From: Spirochaetia bacterium
GTDB taxonomy: Bacteria > Spirochaetota > Spirochaetia > DSM-2461
Length of the DNA: 64,000 bases
Direction of reading: 5' to 3'
Assembly: GCA_963668315.1 (NCBI GenBank)
Contig: OY764216.1
Location: forward strand, 736,001 to 800,000
Shown piece by piece: positions 1 through 8,661 of this stretch. Numbering within the stretch: the first letter of the stretch is position 1; each line of letters starts with the position of its first letter. The notes under the pieces are model-generated. The model was not told the DNA's origin. It did no database searches and saw only the letters and a program-made list of their open reading frames with translations. Made by a program: the position numbers and the translations under genes.

Positions 1-1904
1 CTCAGCCCGGGAGGAGGATAGTAGTTAAAAGACTGGGCCACTCCGGAAAAATGGGGATAGAACCGGGTTCCCCGGACCTGGCCGGCCAGTTCCTGAATAA
101 GGACCCCCATTTTCTCTTCGTCCTGCTGGTATCCGTGCCCGGCGATAAATCGCCTCGTATCCTCCATAAAGGCCGAGGCATACACCTGCTTCACCGCGGA
201 CAGAAGCTCCCTGAGCCGTATGGAATCATCGGGATGGCTGTTCGGCAGGAGGCAGGTATCGTAAATCCCGGCAAAGGGCTGGGCGTGGGAATCCTCCAGG
301 AGAGAGGAGGATCTGACGGCGAGGGGTTTTCTGACAATTTCCAGATACTCCATCAAATGGGCTTCCGTCTCCCCATCCAGAATACTCTCCTGGAAAATGC
401 GCCTTATCTCCCCGTCGGCCTTTCCATGGATCCGCTCAATGATTCTGTTCTCTTCCAGAAACTGATCATATTCATCGGTCGCCAGTATCAGCGTCCGGGG
501 AATCCGGATATCCGCCCTGTCGATCTCTCCATTCAGTTCGGTACTTGTCAGAAGGGCATTGCAGAAGGCGATTCCCCTCCCCTTTCCCCCGAGCGAACCG
601 TCCCTGAGGCGCAGAATGGTTTCATTGGAGAGGACCACCGAAGGATCGAATTCCACGATTTTCCCCCTGATCCGGCTGAGCCTGGCCTCCTGAAACGCCC
701 GGATAAGATAACGCCGGTGATCTTCCGGCTCGGGAAAGTCATCTATCCTGATGGGCCTGAGACTGCGGGCTACCTGAAACTCTCCGTGGGCCACCAGCCA
801 GGCGGAGAAGTGATTATGCCCGGCGTGGTGAAGAATGGATTCGATGGGCATGCGGGGAATAACCTCCTCCATCTCCGCCAGTGAGGAGGCCCGTCCCACT
901 TCCACCCCTTCGGGATTGCGGAAAACAAAATCACCGAATCCCAGATTACTCTCAATGAAACGGCGCAGATCGGACATCAGATTCTCACTCTGCTTGAGAA
1001 TAAAATCCACTCCCAGTTCCCGGGCGTACTTCATGGACGTCTCTTCCGAAGACTGGAGAAGCATGGGCACGTCTTCAAACTCGCGTTTCAGCCGGCCTAT
1101 CAGATGAAGCCCCGCGTCGGGATCGGGGGCGCCGTTCTGGTTGAAGCGGATATCGGAGATCACGGAAATCAGATAGGGAGCATAAGCCCTGCTCAGCTCC
1201 ATGGCTTCCTCGTAGGTTTTTACATGGAGGATTTTCGGCCGGGTCCTCATCAGATAGTATTTCTGATTGTCGTTCAGCTCCTCCCTTATCAGCTTCTGAG
1301 TCTGAGTCATAATCTCCTGGTACATCAGGGGGAGAAAGCGGGAGTAATAGTCCACCGAATCTTCCACAAGCAGAATCACCCGGACCAGACCGTTTTCGGT
1401 ATCGTGGGGCGCGTTCCTGCGGTCCTCCACTGTCTTGATCATCGCCACAAAAAGACGGGAATCCCCGTTCCAAAGGAAAACATTCTCCAGGTGCCCGATT
1501 CGCTCCCCGTTCCGCCGGACGAATTCCATATCGCTTTTCACGGTCAGAAGAAGTATGACCGGCTGCTCGGGCAGGAAGGCATGTATCCTCTCCGAAAGTT
1601 CAAAGGGATCGGATTCCCCGATACGAAGGGTGGTTATGACCAGATCGAACGGCTCGGACTGAAGCAGGGCAAGAGCCTCGCTCCCCGAAGTAACGCTGGT
1701 GATCCTGGGTATGGTCGTCAAGTTGAGACGGAAATAGTCCCCCGTGATCTGCTCGGTAAGACGGCCGTCGTGCTCTATGGTATAGGCGTCATAAAAAGTG
1801 GCTACCAGTAGGATTTTTCTGACCCGGAAAGCCATGAGATTGTGGAAGTTATTTTCACCGATTTTAAGCCGGTTATGGAAGAAATTCAGATCATCGAGAT
1901 TCAA
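1..1904 (-). CDS. Receiver-like domains fused to a PEP/pyruvate-binding (PEP synthase/PPDK N-terminal) domain; runs off the left edge of the window
   Basis: Not in ORF track (no stop in window). Manual translation from TTG at 1904 (GGAGG RBS just upstream): LNLDDLNFFHNRLKIGENNFHNLMAFRVRKILLVATFYDAY...VILLVEDS...GSLGGKGRGIAF...PLAVRSSSLLEDSHAQPFAGIY...EEKMGVLIQE...FYPHFSGVAQSFNYYP; GGKG, AVRSSS and FAG motifs of the PPDK_N family. Confidence 0.85.
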   Translation of the reverse strand, partial: MNLDDLNFFHNRLKIGENNFHNLMAFRVRKILLVATFYDAYTIEHDGRLTEQITGDYFRLNLTTIPRITSVTSGSEALALLQSEPFDLVITTLRIGESDPFELSERIHAFLPEQPVILLLTVKSDMEFVRRNGERIGHLENVFLWNGDSRLFVAMIKTVEDRRNAPHDTENGLVRVILLVEDSVDYYSRFLPLMYQEIMTQTQKLIREELNDNQKYYLMRTRPKILHVKTYEEAMELSRAYAPYLISVISDIRFNQNGAPDPDAGLHLIGRLKREFEDVPMLLQSSEETSMKYARELGVDFILKQSENLMSDLRRFIESNLGFGDFVFRNPEGVEVGRASSLAEMEEVIPRMPIESILHHAGHNHFSAWLVAHGEFQVARSLRPIRIDDFPEPEDHRRYLIRAFQEARLSRIRGKIVEFDPSVVLSNETILRLRDGSLGGKGRGIAFCNALLTSTELNGEIDRADIRIPRTLILATDEYDQFLEENRIIERIHGKADGEIRRIFQESILDGETEAHLMEYLEIVRKPLAVRSSSLLEDSHAQPFAGIYDTCLLPNSHPDDSIRLRELLSAVKQVYASAFMEDTRRFIAGHGYQQDEEKMGVLIQELAGQVRGTRFYPHFSGVAQSFNYYPPPGL

Positions 1905-2046
1905 GATTCCTCCGGGAACATAATAATGATGTCCCCTGGTATAATTATAGAACGTTCCGTTGAGATTGCAAATCAGAAAGGGAGCCAGGTTCCTTCCGGG
2001 CCGAAGTGATCATGGGTGTGCTTTTTCATCATCCTTTCCTGACGGC

Positions 2047-2925
2047 TTAGTATTTCATCGATAGAATTAGGCCTGCAGGCATTGCCTGAACAGTGAAATC
2101 AGCCAGATATTCATCATCGGATTGACCGTTTTTAACGATTCTTGTGTGTATCCAGGGGACCAGAATACCGCAAGCGGTACCGGCGACGGCACCGGCAATC
2201 ACATCGGTCGGGAAATGATCGCCGCTCGCGACCCGGCAGACGGCAGTGCTTAACGCGATGAAACAGGAAGAGCCTATGACAGGAATTTTCCAGCTTGAAT
2301 CGGGGAAATATGTACTGAAAACATAGCTCGTGAATGATGCTCCGGCGAAGGCCAGAGTCGTATGGCCCGAGGGAAAGGATTTGTTCCAGTCATGACTTTG
2401 GACCGCTTCCCGGGGATAGTCATCATAATACATGAAGGGCCTGGCTCTCCCGATGCATAACTTGCCTAGTTCCTTGACGCCGTATGCGAGAGCCATCGTT
2501 TCCGCGTACATAGTTCCTATGGTAATCCATTGATCCGATGGGGCGGCAAGCAAAACCGACGGCGATAATACAGAGACCAGCCCCATGTATGTTCCGAGAT
2601 CATCAATTGACGCCGAATTGGAATTCATGAACAGGCGATCAAATCCGTTTACCTGAATTGGATCATAGATGTTTCCATCAAAATCGGGTTGGTTTACCTC
2701 TCTGACCTTGTCAAAATAAAGAACCGTTCCATTTAACACGGCTGCGGCGGCAATAACGGATGAATCAAGTCCCGGATCAAGGCAAAAGGGAGAGCCGAAA
2801 TTTCCATCAGCGCCATGATCAAGGGAGAGCAGAGAAGAGGCGGCCAGCAAGATCAGAATAGCGGCCATACAATTTTTTTTGAACAATGTGTTACTCCTGA
2901 ATTTCATTTCGGGGCAGTTAGCCAC
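2047..2925 (-). CDS. PAP2-family phosphatase, membrane-associated (start may be ATG 2907)
   Basis: KLCIGRARP, SFPSGHT and RVASGDHFPTDV catalytic motifs; signal-like N-terminus. Confidence 0.85.
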   Translation of the reverse strand: MANCPEMKFRSNTLFKKNCMAAILILLAASSLLSLDHGADGNFGSPFCLDPGLDSSVIAAAAVLNGTVLYFDKVREVNQPDFDGNIYDPIQVNGFDRLFMNSNSASIDDLGTYMGLVSVLSPSVLLAAPSDQWITIGTMYAETMALAYGVKELGKLCIGRARPFMYYDDYPREAVQSHDWNKSFPSGHTTLAFAGASFTSYVFSTYFPDSSWKIPVIGSSCFIALSTAVCRVASGDHFPTDVIAGAVAGTACGILVPWIHTRIVKNGQSDDEYLADFTVQAMPAGLILSMKY

Positions 2926-2978
2926 AAAATGATCGGAGCAACCAGAAATATGTGTTTACATCGGCGATACTTTTCGTA

Positions 2979-3590
2979 TCATTCTTTTTTCAGAAGCAAC
3001 GTTACCTTAAACAAGAGGATGAAGAAGAGAAATGTGGTATCATAGGGCTGGCGGATCATAATCGAAAAGAGCACCAAAAATACCGACAGCAGGGATGAGG
3101 CAAGAATCTTCGCTTTGAGCCAGTTTGGGCTTCGGAGATTTTGCAGAGCCAATTCCACAATGCCAAAGAGCGCGGACAAAATAATCTGAAAATAACAAAT
3201 CAGTAATACATAATAGGGAGCGTTAAAATCGGGCAAGGCGATATGCTCGACCCGATTGCCCAGATCGTTGCCGAAAAAGGGCAAAACAAAGAGTAATACC
3301 GGCATAATGTCTAAAAGTCCGAAAACTAATGATCGGAGATTTCTTGACGTTTCCTGGTTTTGGTTCTCCGCCAAGGTAATAAGCTCATCGCTGGAAAGAA
3401 GATCATCAATCGAAACGGAGAAAACTTTCGCAATGAGTTTTAGCGAATCAATATTGGGATAGCCCCGTCCGGATTCCCATTTTGACACGGTAACCCTGGA
3501 AACAAAAAGTCTTTCTGCCAATTGTTCCTGGGTTAAGCCGCTGTTTGTTCTAAGCTGTTGTAATTTTGCATTAAATTCCATTTTATCCAT
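2979..3590 (-). CDS. XRE/Cro-type HTH regulator with C-terminal transmembrane helices
   Basis: LTQEQLAERLFVSRVTVSKWESGRGYP HTH_3 signature followed by about four hydrophobic segments. Confidence 0.85.
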   Translation of the reverse strand: MDKMEFNAKLQQLRTNSGLTQEQLAERLFVSRVTVSKWESGRGYPNIDSLKLIAKVFSVSIDDLLSSDELITLAENQNQETSRNLRSLVFGLLDIMPVLLFVLPFFGNDLGNRVEHIALPDFNAPYYVLLICYFQIILSALFGIVELALQNLRSPNWLKAKILASSLLSVFLVLFSIMIRQPYDTTFLFFILLFKVTLLLKKE

Positions 3591-3754
3591 TTCTTAAGAA
3601 GAATACTATTTCCAGATTATACCGTATATTTTTTTTCTATCAGGCTCAACGTGAAAAAATCTTAACATATCCTTTCTCTCTTTGCTATGAATCTTTTGAT
3701 CCTGATTTCTCGTGTTATGTGGGAAAATTAGCCATGGGAGCCGGCTGGGAGAAT

Positions 3755-3794
3755 AAAAAAACGGGATATCCCCACCATGGGACACCCCGTTTTT
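3755..3794 (-). terminator. Intrinsic terminator downstream of SHOCT gene
   Basis: AAAAAAACGGG...CCCGTTTTT inverted repeat with A/T tracts. Confidence 0.6.
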
Positions 3795-3815
3795 AAATAT
3801 CCGGAAAGGTCGCTT

Positions 3816-4058
3816 TTATTTCCTTAACGTTTCCCTTTTCGCACGGTATTCCTCTTCACTGATCTCACCGTTTACAAATCTCTTTTTAAGCAAATCCAGG
3901 GGAGATTCACTCTTTTCGTCGTGACGGTTCCCCTTCCAAATAAAATATATAACAGCGGCAATAAGTAACACGCCCAGAATCATCATAATAACACCTCCGT
4001 AATTAAACCTGCCATATTGAAAAAAACCATCGCATAAATGGCCAAATGACCTATACAT
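3816..4058 (-). CDS. SHOCT-domain small membrane protein
   Basis: One TM helix then SPLDLLKKRFVNGEISEEEY; AAGGAGG RBS. Confidence 0.85.
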   Translation of the reverse strand: MYRSFGHLCDGFFQYGRFNYGGVIMMILGVLLIAAVIYFIWKGNRHDEKSESPLDLLKKRFVNGEISEEEYRAKRETLRK

Positions 4059-4156
4059 AAGGGCCTCCTTTTTCTTTCATTCTACCGGATAAATATAAAC
4101 AAAATATGAACCGTATCGGAATTATTTCCTCTGCCTGTTCATTTCAACCTCCCCGA

Positions 4157-6619
4157 TTACTGCGGATCGTAGCCGGCATTCCGTACGGCCGATTTAATCT
4201 CATCAAGGACTTTTTCCGTCTCTCCGTTCAGTTCCACGGTCAGTTCCTTTTTTTTCAGGTCCACCTCAGCCTTTTCCACCTCCGTGACGGCAAGAGCGGC
4301 CTTCTCCACGGCCATCTTACAGTGTCCGCATGACATTCCTTCTACCTTGATCGTTGCTTTCATTTTATTTTCCTCCATGGATTCGATCTGTTTATTTTTC
4401 TTACCGGATAATTTCCGTTTCATATTAAAACGCTTTAAGCTGAGTGAGTTGCTGACAACCGATACGGAGCTGAAAGCCATGGCCGCTCCCGCGATGATGG
4501 GATTCAAAAAACCCAGGGCGGCAAAGGGAATGCCCAAAGAATTATAGAAAAAAGCCCAGAACAGATTCTGTTTGATCTTTTTCATCGTCTCCCGGGAGAG
4601 ATAAATCGCTGTGGCTATTTCCCTCAGATCCCCCCTCATCAGGGTAATATCCGATGATTCCATGGCTATGTCCGAACCCTCCCCCATGGCTATTCCGATA
4701 TCCGCCGTGGCCAGGGCCGGAGAATCATTAACTCCGTCTCCCGTCATAGCGACGACATGTCCCTCATCCTGCAGCTTCCTCACTTCCTCCGCTTTTCCTT
4801 CGGGGAGGACTTCGGCCAGAACATTCTCTATCCCGGCTTCCTCGGCTATGGCCAGAGCGGTTCTTCGGTTATCCCCGGTTATCATATAGATATCCAGTCC
4901 CAGCTCCTTCAGCAGGGAGATCCCTTCCTTCGAATGCTCTTTGATACCGTCGGCAACGGCAAGCAGGGCGATAATATCCGTACGGTTTGCCATGATCACC
5001 ACCGTATGACCTTTGCTTTCCCACTCATTCTTTACGCCGATTATGCTGCCCAGAGAATAACGTTCATCCAGAGACTGGATATAATCCTCCGTTCCGATGA
5101 AGTACTGCTTTCCCTCGATAATACCGGAAATTCCCTTTCCCGGAAGGGAAGAAAAATCCTCAGTCGGCTTCAGCTGAATCTCCTTCTCCCGTGCTTTCGC
5201 GACAATGGCCTTACCCAGGGGATGTTCAGACTTCAGCTCCAGTGAAGCCGCCAGAGCCAGTAATTCATCTTCCCCCAGCGCTGCGTCGGAAGGATTCATT
5301 CCGATTATTTTCCTGACTTCCGGCTTACCCTGCGTGATGGTTCCTGTTTTATCCAGAATCAAGGCTGACAGCTTCCCCGCCTGCTGAAGTACCTCTCCGT
5401 TCTTTATAAGAATTCCCTTCTGGGCTCCCAATCCCGTTCCCACCATGATGGCCGTAGGCGTGGCTAACCCAAGGGCGCATGGACAGGCAATGACAAGAAC
5501 GGAAACGGCAGCGATCAGTCCGTGTGCGGGCGAACCGAGAGCAAGCCACCATATAAGAAAGGTCAACAGAGCGATAGCCAGAACAACGGGAACGAATACC
5601 GAGGCGACCTTGTCGGCCAGCTGCTGGATGGGCGCTTTGGAACCCTGAGCTTCTTCCACGATGGCGATTATCCGGGAAAGAACCGAGTCTTTCCCTACCC
5701 GTTCGGCTTCCATTCGCAACGACCCGTAGCTATTTATCGTTCCGCTTGTAACGGAGTCTCCCGGTTTTTTCTCGACGGGCATACTTTCGCCGGTGATCAT
5801 GCTTTCATCCACGGCGGAATTTCCTTCCAGAACGGTGCCGTCCACGGGAATTCGATCGCCCGGCCTGATCAGCAGTATATCGCGGGGGACGACGTCGCTG
5901 ATGGGTATCTCCACATCCTTTCCGTCCCTTTCCACCAGCGCCGTTTTCGGCTGAAGACCCATCAGTTTTTTTATCGCTTCCGATGTTTTCCCCTTGGCCC
6001 GGCTTTCAAAATACTTGCCCAGCAATATCAGGGTAATGATCAGAGAAGACGCCTCAAAGTAAAGCCCTGCGGACATGCCTGCTCCGGGAGTATGGAAAAA
6101 ACCATTGTAGATACTGTAGAAATAGGCCGCCGATGTACCCAGGGCGACAAGGACATCCATGCCGGGACTGCCCGCCCTGACAGATTTCCATCCGGCTTTA
6201 TAGAACCGGGCTCCCACAATAAACTGCACAGGTGTGGCAAGGACAAGCTGCAGCAGGGGATTATGAAGAAACATGAGGGCCTCAATTTTGAGAAGCCCGG
6301 CGAACATGGCCAGTAGCAGGGGAGCACTTAGGAGGGAGGAGATAATCAGTCTTATCTCGAGAGATCTGAGCTTTCCCTTCTCGGAATCAGCCTCCTCCCC
6401 GCCTTCAGCCGGCAGAGAAGCGCCGTATCCCGCATCGACGACACTCTGGATAATTTCCTCGATGCTCACTTTCTCCGGATCATAGCTGACTGTGGCCTTG
6501 TCGGTTGCCAGGTTCACGGCAGCCATATCAATCCCGCTCTTTTTTTTGATACCCTTTTCAACATGGGCGACACAGGATGCACATGTCATCCCCTTTATAT
6601 CAAGCTGTATAATTTCCAT
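4157..6619 (-). CDS. copA: Cu(I)-exporting P1B-type ATPase with N-terminal HMA and fused C-terminal CopZ-like HMA domain
   Basis: GMTCASC, TGES, CPCALGLA, DKTGT, SEHP, GDGVND, YN and MAFSS motifs; C-terminal GMSCGHC; AGGAGG RBS before ATG 6619. Confidence 0.93.
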   Translation of the reverse strand: MEIIQLDIKGMTCASCVAHVEKGIKKKSGIDMAAVNLATDKATVSYDPEKVSIEEIIQSVVDAGYGASLPAEGGEEADSEKGKLRSLEIRLIISSLLSAPLLLAMFAGLLKIEALMFLHNPLLQLVLATPVQFIVGARFYKAGWKSVRAGSPGMDVLVALGTSAAYFYSIYNGFFHTPGAGMSAGLYFEASSLIITLILLGKYFESRAKGKTSEAIKKLMGLQPKTALVERDGKDVEIPISDVVPRDILLIRPGDRIPVDGTVLEGNSAVDESMITGESMPVEKKPGDSVTSGTINSYGSLRMEAERVGKDSVLSRIIAIVEEAQGSKAPIQQLADKVASVFVPVVLAIALLTFLIWWLALGSPAHGLIAAVSVLVIACPCALGLATPTAIMVGTGLGAQKGILIKNGEVLQQAGKLSALILDKTGTITQGKPEVRKIIGMNPSDAALGEDELLALAASLELKSEHPLGKAIVAKAREKEIQLKPTEDFSSLPGKGISGIIEGKQYFIGTEDYIQSLDERYSLGSIIGVKNEWESKGHTVVIMANRTDIIALLAVADGIKEHSKEGISLLKELGLDIYMITGDNRRTALAIAEEAGIENVLAEVLPEGKAEEVRKLQDEGHVVAMTGDGVNDSPALATADIGIAMGEGSDIAMESSDITLMRGDLREIATAIYLSRETMKKIKQNLFWAFFYNSLGIPFAALGFLNPIIAGAAMAFSSVSVVSNSLSLKRFNMKRKLSGKKNKQIESMEENKMKATIKVEGMSCGHCKMAVEKAALAVTEVEKAEVDLKKKELTVELNGETEKVLDEIKSAVRNAGYDPQ

Positions 6620-6628
6620 CACAGCCTC

Positions 6629-6907
6629 CTATTTGATCATTTTTCTTATCGTCCTCGATAATTCGTCAATCACTTCCGTTTGACCGGCCTGAATCTGCTC
6701 GACGACACAGCTTCGCATATGAGCTTCCAGCAGCTGAGTCTTAACGCCGGCAATCGCCGATTCCACACTCATGAACTGATGCAGGATATCATCGCAGTAG
6801 ACATCTTCTTCAATCATCCTGGTGATACCGCGTATCTGCCCTTCGATCCGGTTCATCCGCTTCACCATCTCGGTTTTAGCTTCGTATGAATGGTGCGCTT
6901 TTCTCAT
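6629..6907 (-). CDS. csoR: CsoR-family metal-sensing repressor
   Basis: RMNRIEGQIRGI..YCDDIL..HMRSC (Cys/His/Cys ligands); directly upstream of copA. Confidence 0.9.
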   Translation of the reverse strand: MRKAHHSYEAKTEMVKRMNRIEGQIRGITRMIEEDVYCDDILHQFMSVESAIAGVKTQLLEAHMRSCVVEQIQAGQTEVIDELSRTIRKMIK

Positions 6908-6919
6908 CGCCTGCTCCTT

Positions 6920-6940
6920 GTATAGGGTACCCCCCTATAC
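6920..6940. promoter_or_regulatory. Probable CsoR operator
   Basis: GTATAGGG-TACCC-CCCTATAC inverted repeat with G/C tract immediately upstream of csoR, the typical CsoR site architecture. Confidence 0.75.
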
Positions 6941-7024
6941 TATCAATTATATATACTACCAAATATATAGTCAATATTTTTATGCTTCCTTTCTCAAATC
7001 CCATTCCAACTCCTTGCATACCCC

Positions 7025-7054
7025 TTGACAAAGTATGTAACCGATAAGTAACAT
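7025..7054 (+). promoter_or_regulatory. sigma70 promoter (TTGACA-18-TAACAT) overlapped by TetR operator copy 1
   Basis: TTGACA 7025-7030; ATGTAACCGATAAGTAACAT 7035-7054, repeated at 7674. Confidence 0.7.
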
Positions 7055-7060
7055 GATTAT

Positions 7061-7642
7061 ATGAAAGATCGGAGCAAAACAGAAGAAGAGATTCTCTCTG
7101 CCGTAGATACAGTCATCTGCCGGGAAGGATTTACCTCCCTCGGAGTAAACGCCGTCGCCAGGGAGGCGGGAGTATCAAAGGTACTGATCTACCGGTATTT
7201 TGATGATTTTGACGGTCTCATAAGGCGCTGGGCAGAGAAGAACAACTATTGGACGGAAAAAAACAGCCAGATAGACGGGGACGCCGATTCGAAGGAACTG
7301 GTTAAATCCATCTTTGCCGAATACGGCCGCAGCTTACGGAAAGACGCCGCCCGAAGGGAAATGCTGCGATGGCTGCTTGCCAGGGATACCGATACGGGCC
7401 GCCGGATTATGGAAAGGACCGAAGAAAGCGGCCTCGAGCTCTCCCGTCTTTTCACCAGCCGTTCCTCCGCCGAGAAAAGTTGTGACACCGAAGCTCTGTT
7501 CGCTCTGTTGACGGCGGGAATATCCTATTTGTCTCTCATGGAAGACCGGGCCGGAGTATTCAACGGGATAGATATCCGATCAGCCGAGGGCTGGGAGCGG
7601 ATTAATAGAATGATCAGCGCTATTATCGATGAATTGCTTTGA
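7061..7642 (+). CDS. TetR/AcrR-family regulator
   Basis: GFTSLGVNAVAREAGVSKVLIYRYF HTH. Confidence 0.92.
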   Translation: MKDRSKTEEEILSAVDTVICREGFTSLGVNAVAREAGVSKVLIYRYFDDFDGLIRRWAEKNNYWTEKNSQIDGDADSKELVKSIFAEYGRSLRKDAARREMLRWLLARDTDTGRRIMERTEESGLELSRLFTSRSSAEKSCDTEALFALLTAGISYLSLMEDRAGVFNGIDIRSAEGWERINRMISAIIDELL

Positions 7643-7673
7643 CGGATTAAGGGCGGTCTTTTTTAACAACCAA

Positions 7674-7693
7674 ATGTAACCGACAGGTAACAT
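7674..7693. promoter_or_regulatory. TetR operator copy 2
   Basis: ATGTAACCGACAGGTAACAT, pseudo-palindrome, 18/20 identical to the copy at 7035. Confidence 0.7.
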
Positions 7694-7733
7694 CAATGCC
7701 TCATGAACTTGTTCATATAATAAAGGAGATAAC

Positions 7734-8651
7734 ATGAATAAATATCTTTTCTGCCTGCTGATGCTCCCGGCCTGCTTATGGTCCGGGGAGCTTCAGTTCG
7801 GCGCCGACTCGGCTTTCTACCCTAAAGACAGGGGAAAGAGCCCGGAATTTCAGGTCTGGACCGGCTTCTCCGATTCACAGCCGATACTGAGAGGGGATTC
7901 CGCGTTAAGGGAAAATAACAATTTTGCCGTTCAGGGCAAGTTAAGCTTCTCCCCCGTCTCTCTGGGATCAGATCTGATCTGTCAGCTTACGCCCCTGGCC
8001 TTTCTGAAGCTGGAGCAGGGAATCCACCTGGGCACGGGATGGACTCTCGGGGAAGACATAATCGGCCTGGGACTGAACAAAGACGGATCGTCAGATCAAT
8101 CCATAGAATCCCTTAGCGGCGTTGTCTGCAAGACATGGCTCGGGGTGACGATTCAGTTTGACCTGGCGGCAGTCCTCCCCGACCCGGGCGAATTCAGCCA
8201 TCTGGTTTTTCAGTCCTCCTTCAGTACCTGCTTCCAGTATTACAGCGGAGCGGATAGGGATGAGCCCTGGAGATATCAGGCGGATGAGGGAGAAAATTTC
8301 AATGGATTTCTTGGTAAGAATCGAACTGTACTGGGATACGTCATTCCCCGCTCACCGATTGATTTCGCCGGATTTATTCTGGAGACGGAGGGATACCTCG
8401 GCTCTACGGCCTCCCTTAGCCGAATAGATGACAGCGGCTGGGGTTTAGATTTTGTTGAAGTGCGCCTGGGCCCTCTGGCCAACTGGCAGATCAGCGGCGG
8501 CCATTCACTCTCTTTTCTTGTCCAGTGGAAAAACAGCCGCGCCTATACCGCTGAATCGAAAGAGGAAGATTTTTTCATGAATAGAATATGCACAGGACAG
8601 GGACAGCTTTCTTTTGAGAGAATCGCCCTTTCCTATAAATATGTCTGGTAA
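7734..8651 (+). CDS. Exported hypothetical protein, probable outer-membrane beta-barrel
   Basis: Signal peptide, amphipathic beta-strand pattern, C-terminal RIALSYKYVW; AAGGAG RBS. Confidence 0.55.
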   Translation: MNKYLFCLLMLPACLWSGELQFGADSAFYPKDRGKSPEFQVWTGFSDSQPILRGDSALRENNNFAVQGKLSFSPVSLGSDLICQLTPLAFLKLEQGIHLGTGWTLGEDIIGLGLNKDGSSDQSIESLSGVVCKTWLGVTIQFDLAAVLPDPGEFSHLVFQSSFSTCFQYYSGADRDEPWRYQADEGENFNGFLGKNRTVLGYVIPRSPIDFAGFILETEGYLGSTASLSRIDDSGWGLDFVEVRLGPLANWQISGGHSLSFLVQWKNSRAYTAESKEEDFFMNRICTGQGQLSFERIALSYKYVW

Positions 8652-8661
8652 GGGGAGGACA

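Noticed and set aside
51..1811. Plus-strand ORFs of 277 and 235 aa
   Set aside because: Antisense shadows of the real minus-strand PEP/pyruvate-binding gene
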